Positions 15,511 through 24,824 of a DNA stretch of 64,000 nucleotides are shown here, one piece after another (position 1 is the first letter of the stretch; each line of letters starts with the position of its first letter). A program made the translations under genes and the position numbers. The notes beneath the pieces are model-generated. The model did no database searches and had not been told where the DNA came from. It worked only from the letters and a program-made list of their open reading frames with translations. Location: the sequence record NC_031120.1; one strand, written 5' to 3'.

Positions 15511-16578
15511 CTATTTTCCAGAATCTGCAATCAGGTCTGCAAGGGGTAAGAACAACGTATGCCGGTAATGGTGATACACCGACTTCGGTAACTTGTTCAA
15601 TACCTTGAGGTCCATGAAGCGATCCAGGTCGTACGACAGTTGTTTCTTGAATTTACTCATGACGCCCCCGTCATAGCTGAAGCAATATTGCATCCAGCTC
15701 CAGTTGACCAGATTCAAATGCCATGAACTTTGCAGCGTGCTGCCGAGGTCACGGAATAAGATGCGGTCAATTGCAGTACGGGTTTCTCCTGGGTGATTAA
15801 AGAACTGCGGTACGTGTGCCAGCACCACACCCGGAAGCGGGTTAGCGGCCAGCAATACTTTACGAATGTTTTGTGCATTCTTGATTGCGAGGTCGCGGAG
15901 TGGCGGCACCGGAACTGTCCTCACCGGTTGTTCGGGTTCCACTTCTCTTTCCGCTGCAACAGCGCGGTGGATATTGAGGAACGCGATATCCATGTACGAC
16001 GGTAGCATCCTGCTGATAACGTGTCGCCAGGCATACACCGGCGTAGTAATGGGTTCTTTGTTGCGGTAGTACATCTCTGCCTTGACATACTGCCACAACA
16101 ACTCAACGAGGTTAATCTCGATGATACACACCCCACGCGGCTTACCATTGCCGAGCTGCCAATTCAAATTGGTGTACTCGTGATACAAGTAGCGTGCCGG
16201 TGCGTATTCGCGGAAGGACAACTCGGGATCAATCGGTCGGGCTACGAGAGAGATAATCTCATCCTGGCCCTCGATAAATGCTCCGTTAAACACCTGGCCA
16301 AACTCCCCGACGGAAGTGAGACGCATAGCGTTTCCAATCCCCACCAAGCGACGTCGACAAGCCCACTCGATATCTTCGTAGTCGGGTTCGCCTGCGTAGC
16401 CCACCTGGGACAGAATCTGTAGGACGAGATGACCGGATGCTACACGGGTCTGTACCGAGTCGAAGTGGTTGCGAATACGTTGGTGGTTATTTTTTACAAG
16501 ACTACCTAATTGTATAGCGGAAGGGTCTGCTGTATGCCCTTTGATTTCCACTTGCTTTAATTCGGCTTGACTGAACAT
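15511..16578 (-). CDS. conserved virion-associated protein divergent from chimallin (phiKZ gp52-like by synteny)
   Basis: ORF 15511..16599; AGGAG RBS favours ATG 16578. Confidence 0.65.
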   Translation of the reverse strand: MFSQAELKQVEIKGHTADPSAIQLGSLVKNNHQRIRNHFDSVQTRVASGHLVLQILSQVGYAGEPDYEDIEWACRRRLVGIGNAMRLTSVGEFGQVFNGAFIEGQDEIISLVARPIDPELSFREYAPARYLYHEYTNLNWQLGNGKPRGVCIIEINLVELLWQYVKAEMYYRNKEPITTPVYAWRHVISRMLPSYMDIAFLNIHRAVAAEREVEPEQPVRTVPVPPLRDLAIKNAQNIRKVLLAANPLPGVVLAHVPQFFNHPGETRTAIDRILFRDLGSTLQSSWHLNLVNWSWMQYCFSYDGGVMSKFKKQLSYDLDRFMDLKVLNKLPKSVYHHYRHTLFLPLADLIADSGK

Positions 16579-16630
16579 GACGGTCTCCTGTGTTACCACA
16601 TAGGAACGGTCACTTTCAAAAAAATTACAG

Positions 16631-16649
16631 ATGTATATTATCCATGTGA
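16631..16649 (+). promoter_or_regulatory. early-promoter-like motif (distal, chmA)
   Basis: ATGTATATTATCCATGTGA. Confidence 0.55.
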
Positions 16650-16720
16650 CAGTTCCGGCATATCTTTCTGTAGGCGTTATGTATTAGGCGACGGCTTGAT
16701 TACATTCCACCATATCTCAG

Positions 16721-16739
16721 GTAGATATTATCGTCGTGA
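16721..16739 (+). promoter_or_regulatory. early-promoter-like motif (proximal, chmA)
   Basis: GTAGATATTATCGTCGTGA. Confidence 0.6.
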
Positions 16740-16779
16740 ACTCTATACTGTAAATCACCTATCAAGGAATATAAATACC

Positions 16780-18588
16780 ATGGTTAAAATCGTAGAAGAA
16801 AACAACAACGCACAGGCCGCTACCACTGCAACTGCTGGTGATGCCGCTCTGGGTAAAATGAAATCCACCGCTGCTGAAAAGCCAACTGACTACAGCGGCG
16901 TGTTCGACCGTGCGTTCGACTGGTCTTCTTCCAGCAGCATGGCCGGTGATTTCGTGCGTGCTCTGGATGAAGCCGCAGAAAAGAATGATAAACTTCGCCT
17001 GTTCAAATACGGCGTGGTTGAAGGCATCGCTCCGGAAATGGGTTCCGCCGCATTCGTGGCTGGCGACTATAATGGCTCCTGGCTGTACGGCCTGCTGTTC
17101 TTCGAGAAAGGTCAGTCCATGCGTTTCCAGGAACTGCCTAACCATCAGGAAACCTACTACACTCTGGTAGACCTGATTGACAAGAGCGTGCTGGCGAAAG
17201 TCGAAGCCTCTATCGGTACTGGCGAAGCTGTGCACTACATGCTGACCAACACCGTGCCGGACATCTCCGACCACCGCATGAGCGCTGAGTGGGCACAGTC
17301 CCTGATGGGCCAGATGCTGCTGGGTATCTTCGGTCGTGCTCCAGGCTGGCTGGGCGGTATGGTGCTGAGCAAAGCTGACCGCTTCCAGATCAACGTGGCG
17401 ACTCCGGATTCCGGTATTGCGATGGATGACAACGGTCACCCGAGCCGTGCAGACTTTGCGCTGTATGTTGAGCACACTCCGTCTAACCAGAACCAGGACG
17501 AGCCAACTCTGCTGGACTCTTCTGCCGCTACCGAATTCCCACCGGTACGTGCAGCGGGTTACGTCAACCTGCGCTTCACTGGTCTGAAAGCACCGGGCCC
17601 GAACGGCGTGCAGGATCTGAAACAGCTGCAAGGTGAAGTCGTTGTCTCCCTCATCGACTCCCAGGCTCGTGGTTCCCGTGCACCGTACGAACGTCAGATT
17701 GTTACCCTGGCGGGCTTTGCGGATATGGCACAGAACGGTGGCTGGCGTGACCAGTTCATCAATACGCTGAACACCACTGATCGTAAGTTCTCTGCTCTGG
17801 CATCTTACCTGAGCTGGGGCAACGACGGTGTGCCGGATCTGTCCAAACTGGATAAGAACCGTGACCACATCGACCAGGCTCTGAAACTGTTCGCACCGTC
17901 TTCTGCGGCGCTGGTAGTCAACCATCGTGCTGGTAACGGCGTAGGTGGCCTGTCTAACCTGCTGTCTGAAATCGCGGTCGGCAACCTGAACAGCCTGGGT
18001 CAGCTGATGAACATCCTGGACGCGATGTTTGCGAAAGGCTCTACCGAGTCCTTCCGTAAATACTTCGCCAAGGCGCTGGGTGATGGTGTGAACCCGGTTG
18101 CTGAACTGCTGCCACGTCACGTTGTGGCTGCGGCGGTTCCGGGTATCGCAGGTATCTACTCCGGTGCCGGTTCTAAGCGTTCTGTACAAGACGGTGACCT
18201 GATTGCAGTCTGCTCCTTCCTGGGCGACAAGCAAACTGACGTCATGCGTTACGTCCACGCTCAGTCCTACCAGAACCGTGAGCTGGAGCAGAAAGCACAG
18301 CGTATCTACCTGGCCAAACTGTACTCCGGTATGTACGGCAACCGTCAGCTGCGTCTGACCGGCGAGTCCCTGGATATGGCAATCAACCCAATCCTGGCAC
18401 GCTGCATCCTGGACAAGGTGCGCGAGAAGGCTGGCTGGCAGATCAACGGCGTCAACGCTTACAACGAAATGGAAACTTCCCTGTTCTACAACAACGGCGG
18501 ACAGTCTCTGATTCTGACTGGCAATGGCACCACTGGCGGTCTGTCCGACTTCGGTCTGGGCGTATCGCTGAGCGATTACAACCTGTAA
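16780..18588 (+). CDS. chmA: chimallin, phage nuclear shell protein (phiKZ gp54-like)
   Basis: 602 aa from ATG 16780 (AAGGA RBS); extreme highly-expressed codon bias; sits between a divergent virion gene and the DFDGD RNAP subunit; extended G/S/L-rich C-terminal segment. Confidence 0.8.
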   Translation: MVKIVEENNNAQAATTATAGDAALGKMKSTAAEKPTDYSGVFDRAFDWSSSSSMAGDFVRALDEAAEKNDKLRLFKYGVVEGIAPEMGSAAFVAGDYNGSWLYGLLFFEKGQSMRFQELPNHQETYYTLVDLIDKSVLAKVEASIGTGEAVHYMLTNTVPDISDHRMSAEWAQSLMGQMLLGIFGRAPGWLGGMVLSKADRFQINVATPDSGIAMDDNGHPSRADFALYVEHTPSNQNQDEPTLLDSSAATEFPPVRAAGYVNLRFTGLKAPGPNGVQDLKQLQGEVVVSLIDSQARGSRAPYERQIVTLAGFADMAQNGGWRDQFINTLNTTDRKFSALASYLSWGNDGVPDLSKLDKNRDHIDQALKLFAPSSAALVVNHRAGNGVGGLSNLLSEIAVGNLNSLGQLMNILDAMFAKGSTESFRKYFAKALGDGVNPVAELLPRHVVAAAVPGIAGIYSGAGSKRSVQDGDLIAVCSFLGDKQTDVMRYVHAQSYQNRELEQKAQRIYLAKLYSGMYGNRQLRLTGESLDMAINPILARCILDKVREKAGWQINGVNAYNEMETSLFYNNGGQSLILTGNGTTGGLSDFGLGVSLSDYNL

Positions 18589-18604
18589 TCGTGTAATAAA
18601 GGAT

Positions 18605-18643
18605 GGGGTGGGAGCGATAGCTCTCACCCTCCCCTCTTTTTTT
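18605..18643 (+). terminator. intrinsic terminator after chmA
   Basis: Purine/pyrimidine imperfect stem followed by a T run. Confidence 0.7.
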
Positions 18644-18656
18644 GCTTGAGGTTGAA

Positions 18657-20249
18657 ATGCAGAAAGCACCAAAGTTTTATGGTATTTCCGGGCGACTGGA
18701 AAGTCAGGACAAGTATCTCCTTGACTTGATGATTGAAGCGGACGCAAAAAGAATTAAACCGCCTACTATTATCAACGACATTGCGATAGGCGGCGACCCG
18801 ATCCGGGTAGCTGAGCAAATTGACCTGTTGGTGCAGAATCGTATCGTTGGTGAACAACTTAACTCGACTCCTATTTGCGACATCCTGTGCGAGAACCCGA
18901 CTGCACACCGCTATAATCTGGGCAAGGTCTGTCCGTGTTGTGGCTTTCGTGTAACGGAAAACCGGATTGAGTCTGATGTATGGTTGCGTGCACCTGACGA
19001 GATTGGGCATTTTATTAACCCACGTTTCTGGGCAATGTTCAATGCGTTCTTCAACACCAAGAAGATTCGCAAGTTTGACCGCAACAAAGTAGGCGTAGGC
19101 AACGGTTCGGATTTAATGATGTGGTTCCTCGACCCGTATTACCGGAGCGAAGAGCCGGACTCGAAGCGTGCACAAGTGGTGAAGCGGATTATGGAAGAGC
19201 ATGGCGTCCGCCGTGGTATCCATTATTTCGTTGACCACCATAAGCAGATCTTTGAGATCCTGACCAAGCCAGACTCCTGGCGGGAAATCTATCCGCCGCA
19301 ACGTAACAACTCCACGGCAAGCGAAGTGCTGCGCATGCAATGGAAAGAATTGTTCGACACCCAGGCCGGGGCAATGTTCCCGAAACACCTGCCAATCATC
19401 TCGTCCAAGTTGATTGTGTCAGAAGAGGGACGTCGGGGGATCATGATTGACCCGGTGTATACCTCTGCCATTGATGCGGTGAAGAACGTAGCACAACTGT
19501 ACACCCGTAAGCGAGCAGTCGATACACGGTTCATGATTAGCCGTGCGTTGAAAGCTAACCGACAACTGGCGTACTTCTATATCGACTTCCGTCGTGAGAA
19601 CTTAGAGCAGAAACCGGGCGGCTATCGTGCCAAGGTCAGCTCCACTCACGTTTGTAACTCTGGCCGTGCAACCATATCGCCGATTGCCTCTCCGCATGAC
19701 GCCTGGAAGCTGAAAGCGCCCTGGCGCTGGGCTGTGGGATTACTCTCCGTCGATATCGAAAGCAAGCTGATGGACCGTGGGTTTACCTCACGCCAATGTG
19801 AACGTATTGTGGCTAAGGCCGCGATGCAATACGATCCGCTGGTCGATGAAATCTTCAAAGAGCTTATCAAGGAATCTCCGGGTGGTTTGGGGATACTGGT
19901 GTTACCACTTCGTAACCCGACTCTGGTACAGCTGTCTATCCAGGCACTGTGGATTGATGAAATCATCACCGATGTAAACCAATGTTCGATTCGTATTTCG
20001 GACCGGGTTATCAAGATGGCGAACGCCGACTTCGATGGCGACCAGCTCATGGTCTACCGCCCAACCGACCAACGCGAAATCGATCTGGCGATGGCATACC
20101 GCCCAGACAACGGCTTCATGTCCTCTACCAATGTGAACGAGGTAGAACGCGGCATGATTTTACACAGCGAACTAATCAGTATGCAGAACCGTTTCCTTAT
20201 CGAAACAGATGAGGATGACGAAATCGGTGTGGCTCTCGAAGACCTTTAA
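18657..20249 (+). CDS. non-virion RNA polymerase beta-prime subunit, catalytic part (phiKZ gp55-like)
   Basis: NADFDGDQ catalytic motif, CPCCG zinc-binding site, RNP motif; uninterrupted. Confidence 0.92.
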   Translation: MQKAPKFYGISGRLESQDKYLLDLMIEADAKRIKPPTIINDIAIGGDPIRVAEQIDLLVQNRIVGEQLNSTPICDILCENPTAHRYNLGKVCPCCGFRVTENRIESDVWLRAPDEIGHFINPRFWAMFNAFFNTKKIRKFDRNKVGVGNGSDLMMWFLDPYYRSEEPDSKRAQVVKRIMEEHGVRRGIHYFVDHHKQIFEILTKPDSWREIYPPQRNNSTASEVLRMQWKELFDTQAGAMFPKHLPIISSKLIVSEEGRRGIMIDPVYTSAIDAVKNVAQLYTRKRAVDTRFMISRALKANRQLAYFYIDFRRENLEQKPGGYRAKVSSTHVCNSGRATISPIASPHDAWKLKAPWRWAVGLLSVDIESKLMDRGFTSRQCERIVAKAAMQYDPLVDEIFKELIKESPGGLGILVLPLRNPTLVQLSIQALWIDEIITDVNQCSIRISDRVIKMANADFDGDQLMVYRPTDQREIDLAMAYRPDNGFMSSTNVNEVERGMILHSELISMQNRFLIETDEDDEIGVALEDL

Positions 20250-20263
20250 CGTAGGAGGAAAGT

Positions 20264-20851
20264 ATGGGAATGTGGAATAACCTGACCACGGCATTCACGA
20301 AACAGGAAGCAGGTGGTGGGGCGTTCGACTTTTTCCAGCAATCGTTCGATATCAAACGAGTGGCCCCAGATATGCTAGACCGTGTTATGGAACATAAACG
20401 GGAACTGATGTCCCTGGATATGTTCCGTAAGACCAGTGCAGCGGCACGTAAGCTGCAACATACGGACGGCACAGAAGTGATTCGTCAGTTAACGGAGATT
20501 GGTGAATTCCAACACGCGAACTCAATCCTTCAACCGTTCCTGGTCGCAATGCCGGAGTACCGTAAGCTGTATAACGAGAATCTGGCCACTGGGTACGAGA
20601 CAGGCTTCTCTCAGACCGATGTGTTCCGTGGGAATGCGTACATGCATACCGACGACAACTATCGTGAGATGACGTCTGACTTCTCAACCGAGTACGATGA
20701 AGATAAGATTTGGCACTGGGTGTCCAATGAAGATCGTCAACATCGACTCACCACCATCGAGCGTGTAGACCTGGCTATTAACCGCGTACGCATGCGTGAC
20801 TTCGACTGGGAAGACGGTGACCCGTGTTCCGAGTTAAACGCATCGTGCTAA
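20264..20851 (+). CDS. conserved jumbo-phage hypothetical protein
   Basis: 195 aa, AGGAGG RBS. Confidence 0.8.
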   Translation: MGMWNNLTTAFTKQEAGGGAFDFFQQSFDIKRVAPDMLDRVMEHKRELMSLDMFRKTSAAARKLQHTDGTEVIRQLTEIGEFQHANSILQPFLVAMPEYRKLYNENLATGYETGFSQTDVFRGNAYMHTDDNYREMTSDFSTEYDEDKIWHWVSNEDRQHRLTTIERVDLAINRVRMRDFDWEDGDPCSELNASC

Positions 20852-20862
20852 TGTAAGAAAGG

Positions 20863-20894
20863 GAGAGGGGCGTAAGGCACCCCTCTCTTTTTTT
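20863..20894 (+). terminator. intrinsic terminator
   Basis: GAGAGGGG/CCCCTCTC followed by a T run. Confidence 0.8.
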
Positions 20895-20945
20895 CTCGTT
20901 ATCGTCCCGGCAAATTCTATGTCGTGGTTCTATCAGGAGAGCAAC

Positions 20946-21323
20946 ATGGTCATTGCAGTCGGGACGGTATCGACCCGGGGGTGGGCTAAAACCACCAAGG
21001 AAAAAATTACGGAATTGATGAATCATTATACGGAGGCTGGTTATTCACAGTCGGTGATTTATCGAGACAACATCAAATCGTATTCTTGGTCGTGTGCGCA
21101 GTATGCACAGCAACCGGAACTGTTAGTGCAGCAGGTGGAAGCGGATTTGAGACGGCTGTACGGGAATGTGTTCCCGGAAGGTGCCGAGGCGGATGTGAAC
21201 TACGAGTTCATTAACGACAACAAAATCAAATACCGCGTCATCATTAGCTTGCGTGTAATGGTTGATGGAGAATGGTTTGATGTTACCAAAGCATTAGAAG
21301 TTGACGCCAGTGGGGGCATTTAA
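20946..21323 (+). CDS. conserved jumbo-phage protein (possibly virion)
   Basis: AGGAG RBS gives ATG 20946; TATG late-promoter core at 20918. Confidence 0.7.
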   Translation: MVIAVGTVSTRGWAKTTKEKITELMNHYTEAGYSQSVIYRDNIKSYSWSCAQYAQQPELLVQQVEADLRRLYGNVFPEGAEADVNYEFINDNKIKYRVIISLRVMVDGEWFDVTKALEVDASGGI

Positions 21324-22000
21324 TGGCTGAAGAACAAAAAATGGAAAACGCTGAAATGTATCAGCGCGATCTGATGGAACCGCAGCATGTGTATGCACTT
21401 GACCGTGCACTGGTTGCGGAACAAGATATTCGTGAGAACCTCGATCCGTACGCACGTTTCCAGGAGTCCACGTTCCGTCGTCAGGGTCTGCCGATTTTGA
21501 GCGGGCTGATTGACGATACGTTTGATCAGAACAGCTGGACGAGTTTTGTCGGTTCACCGTTTGTACCGGTGCAGATTGTGTCTGACGATCTGACAAAAGT
21601 GCTGTTTACCATTCCGGCCCTGAATTATACCGGACAGACGCTGATGCATGTTGAAGGCCAACCTTCGCTGACCGATGAGTCGATGGAGATTGAACGTTAT
21701 GCCCAGCTGATGCCGACTGCCGGTGAAAAGGCCAAGCATGATCTGATTGTGAACACGCTGGATGGAATCGATAAGGTCGCTTACGAAACCAACCGTCGCC
21801 GCGCATTCAATGTCATCAAACTGCTGAACTGGATCTACGAGCGCTATGGCCTGAAAGGGCGTATCGCGTTCCCGCAAGGGATGGAAGATCTGCTCGGCAG
21901 TCCAACGGCCACAGTTGCCCCGACTCCCGTTCAAGTACAACAGGCCACGGCCGCAGCGGAGATGGGTGATGGCGGAATCGACGATTACGAAGACCTTTAA
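21323..22000 (+). CDS. conserved hypothetical protein
   Basis: 225 aa, TAATG coupling. Confidence 0.8.
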   Translation: MAEEQKMENAEMYQRDLMEPQHVYALDRALVAEQDIRENLDPYARFQESTFRRQGLPILSGLIDDTFDQNSWTSFVGSPFVPVQIVSDDLTKVLFTIPALNYTGQTLMHVEGQPSLTDESMEIERYAQLMPTAGEKAKHDLIVNTLDGIDKVAYETNRRRAFNVIKLLNWIYERYGLKGRIAFPQGMEDLLGSPTATVAPTPVQVQQATAAAEMGDGGIDDYEDL

Positions 22001-23156
22001 CCGGTCAGAGGTCGCACGGCACATCGAGAAGATTTACCACATTCCCGCGAAGCCTCTCGATGTGCGTCGCATTCTGGTGATGTCCGATATTCACCTTCTA
22101 CACCGACGGGTGCCGACCTGGCACATCATCGAAGTGTTGAAGGAGAAAATCATTTCGGGCGGTGAAACACTAGATGCAATTTATATAGCGGGGGACTTAT
22201 TCGATGACTCCCGTTATCTCCGTCAAGACGAGTCACAGGAGGCCGTTGGCTTCCTGACTTGGTTACTCGAATGGTGTCGTACCACCAAGACTGCGCTACG
22301 CATTATCGAAGGAACGCCGTCCCATGACCACGGCCAGAGTAAAGTTGTCGAAGCCCTGAACATTACGGTTGGGGTTGACTGCTTATATCTGGCAGGGATT
22401 GGGGTGTTCTACGATGAAGCTATTCAAGCTACCGTCGGGTGGGTACAGGATGAGTACAAGGATCGTGTTGCGGCGAACACCGAAGCAGAGATGGCCGAAC
22501 TGATGGCCACTCGTGGGTTGGAGAAAGTTGATTTCTTCTTCATGCACGGCTGTTTCAAATTCCAGGTGCCGATTGAATCGCCACACTGGTTTGATGAAGA
22601 CTTTTGGATTTCACGCTGTCGCCTCGGTATTTATATCGGCCATGACCACCGTGAGAAAGTCTTTAGCCTCATCCGCGTTATGGGAAGCGTGGATAGATTG
22701 GCACACGGAGAGAATGAAGACAAGGGCATGACGCTCGTCGACTTCACACCAACCGTGGCGAGGAACTACTTCCTCGTTAACCAAGCTGCGTGCCCAATGC
22801 GTGCAGTGGAAGCAAGCGAAGACTACACCGCACAACTGGCGGCGTGTCTGGATGCCTTAGCCTATATTGACGCCCACCCGTCGCGTGCCATCGGCCGCTT
22901 TAAGGTGGAATATCATAACGGCTCTCCGATTGCTGACCACGTTAGCAAATGGAAACGTGAATACGGATTCCACATCGAGGGAAAACGTGTTAACACGAAA
23001 GACGAGGAACAACGACTCGTCGCAGTGTTCTCTACCGAAGCTGTGGTAGATGAAAGGATAACGCCCGAAAACGTCGAGCGTATCTTGTTAGAAGGAATGA
23101 ATGGGATGAAGTACGATCCCGCCATTGTTTCCGATATCGTTAGGAGTATCCAATGA
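21969..23156 (+). CDS. Mre11/SbcD-like metallophosphoesterase nuclease
   Basis: SDIH, AGDLFD, EGTPSHD, HG and GHDH calcineurin-like motifs; GGAG RBS before ATG 21969. Confidence 0.85.
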   Translation: MAESTITKTFNRSEVARHIEKIYHIPAKPLDVRRILVMSDIHLLHRRVPTWHIIEVLKEKIISGGETLDAIYIAGDLFDDSRYLRQDESQEAVGFLTWLLEWCRTTKTALRIIEGTPSHDHGQSKVVEALNITVGVDCLYLAGIGVFYDEAIQATVGWVQDEYKDRVAANTEAEMAELMATRGLEKVDFFFMHGCFKFQVPIESPHWFDEDFWISRCRLGIYIGHDHREKVFSLIRVMGSVDRLAHGENEDKGMTLVDFTPTVARNYFLVNQAACPMRAVEASEDYTAQLAACLDALAYIDAHPSRAIGRFKVEYHNGSPIADHVSKWKREYGFHIEGKRVNTKDEEQRLVAVFSTEAVVDERITPENVERILLEGMNGMKYDPAIVSDIVRSIQ

Positions 23157-23977
23157 GCCCCATTAGCGTTGACCGCAAATTTGGGGGGTATCCGATATCA
23201 ATCGCCGGGTCACTGGCGATGGAAGGTTTATTGCACACCGGCGAATTTGCCGACCGTGATGGCGAGATTGCCATTAACGAGTATCAGGCTTTGTTCCTGA
23301 ATTTACGTACGCTTTTCCGTAATGCATTTTACGCATTCGAAGAAAACCGAGAACGGCTCACGCCAGACGTATTGAAGACTTGCATCGAAGAAGATATAGA
23401 AAATATATTTGCCACCGCGCGTGCGGTGGCCCCTTCGATGGTATGTGTCTTTTACCTCTGTGAGTACAAAAAGGTGAACCGCGAGTTCCCGAAAGGTGCC
23501 TTCCGAAATGCGAACACCCCGAACCAGGTCTTCTATAATTCCCTGGAACAGGACGTGTACAAAATGTTCTTACTGGAGCAGCCGCGTCGCGATGACTTCC
23601 AGGTATTTGATGTCTACCCCGATGGTGACAAGAACACCCTGTTATTAACCCATTACCCGTGTGACCTGCTGGCCGTGAAGAAATTCCCGCGACTGGCGCT
23701 GTTGGAGTCCCATACCGGTGAGGTGAAAACCCAGCTGCAATGGAACACCAAGATGTACAACAAACCGGAACGTATCCCGTTCAACAAAGGCTTCTTAACG
23801 CTCTTTGGTGATAACGTGATGTTCCACCCGCAAGACCGTAAGATACGCACGGTGGTATTGAAAGTGGCTGAGAAATACAGCTGGAATGCCAGTACCACCA
23901 TGGACCGTATCAACAACTGTTTGCGCCTGGCGAACGAACCCCACGTCATTGCCTACCTGCGTGAATTGAACAACTAA
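23153..23977 (+). CDS. conserved phiKZ-like protein, possible 5' nuclease (FEN/PIN-like) fold
   Basis: 274 aa; LNLRTLFRN segment and C-terminal LFGD motif resemble 5'-3' exonucleases; function uncertain. Confidence 0.5.
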   Translation: MSPISVDRKFGGYPISIAGSLAMEGLLHTGEFADRDGEIAINEYQALFLNLRTLFRNAFYAFEENRERLTPDVLKTCIEEDIENIFATARAVAPSMVCVFYLCEYKKVNREFPKGAFRNANTPNQVFYNSLEQDVYKMFLLEQPRRDDFQVFDVYPDGDKNTLLLTHYPCDLLAVKKFPRLALLESHTGEVKTQLQWNTKMYNKPERIPFNKGFLTLFGDNVMFHPQDRKIRTVVLKVAEKYSWNASTTMDRINNCLRLANEPHVIAYLRELNN

Positions 23978-24039
23978 TTTTTTACATCACCGGGGTATCA
24001 TGTGTAGATACCCCTTAACTAAGATCAAAGGATTTCCCA

Positions 24040-24702
24040 ATGGGCATGATTAATACTGAACTCTTTAATAACAAGTGGTGCTTCCCGCAAACGGAACCCG
24101 ACAACCAGGGAAAGACCCGCAAAATTGGTATCGAACCTAACTTCTTCAAAGATAGCCAGGATTGCGAAGGTTTGAAGTTCAGCTATTCTTTCGCCAAAGG
24201 CGAAGGTCTGTATTACAACGCCAACCCAGAAATCTGCCAGGCGTTCCTGGATGCGCTGCGTGACGTGTTGCGTAAGTCAGAAAAAGACGTTATCAGTTTC
24301 AGTAACACTTCGGGCAACCGTGGCCAGGTTACCCTGTCTGTTGGTCGTGGCGATGACCTGGTACCGTTTGTGGCGATTTCCGGTGAAATCAACGGCCAGC
24401 GTCGTAACAAGAAGTTCTACTTCCCGGTGCCGAAGAACTACATCATCACCCGTAACGGTGCACCGCTGTCCGATCTGGAATCCGCAGAACGTATGGCTCG
24501 CGTGTTTACCGAACGTTTTCACAAGTTCCAGGAATGGCTGGATGCATCCTATAAAGCGAAAGTGTGGAACCCAACGGGTGGCGGTAATCCAGGTCGTGGT
24601 GGCTACAATAACGGTGGCGGTCAAGGCGGCGGTTATCAGAACCAGGGTGGTGGCCAGCAGTCTGCACCACCATCTGACGCCAATTTCGACGAATACCTTT
24701 AA
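24040..24702 (+). CDS. chmC: ChmC/Imp6-like nucleus-associated RNA-binding protein (phiKZ gp67-like)
   Basis: 220 aa with a G/N/Q-rich disordered tail ending DANFDEYL; directly precedes the gp68/gp69 pair. Confidence 0.7.
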   Translation: MGMINTELFNNKWCFPQTEPDNQGKTRKIGIEPNFFKDSQDCEGLKFSYSFAKGEGLYYNANPEICQAFLDALRDVLRKSEKDVISFSNTSGNRGQVTLSVGRGDDLVPFVAISGEINGQRRNKKFYFPVPKNYIITRNGAPLSDLESAERMARVFTERFHKFQEWLDASYKAKVWNPTGGGNPGRGGYNNGGGQGGGYQNQGGGQQSAPPSDANFDEYL

Positions 24703-24712
24703 GTAATAAAAC

Positions 24713-24737
24713 TACCCACTGGCGAGGCCAGTGGGTA
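24713..24737 (+). terminator. 11-bp hairpin after chmC
   Basis: TACCCACTGGC/GCCAGTGGGTA; no U-tract. Confidence 0.5.
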
Positions 24738-24777
24738 TAACGCTTGTTGATCCCAGGCGCATCGTACGAATTTTGAG

Positions 24778-24796
24778 ATAGATGTTATCTCCGTGA
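24778..24796 (+). promoter_or_regulatory. early-promoter-like motif
   Basis: ATAGATGTTATCTCCGTGA. Confidence 0.55.
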
Positions 24797-24824
24797 ATAT
24801 AACTCTGTCGGAGCACTGACGATA

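Noticed and set aside
16567-16779. 71-aa N-terminal extension of chimallin in the ORF track
   Set aside because: Covers the AT-rich divergent promoter region; the RBS and codon bias begin at ATG 16780
16762-18747. 661-aa minus-strand ORF antisense to chimallin, and similar shadow ORFs such as 54559-55485, 52205-53005 and 44459-45265
   Set aside because: Explained by sense-strand codon bias: avoiding TTA, CTA and TCA removes antisense stops. No RBS and non-protein-like composition
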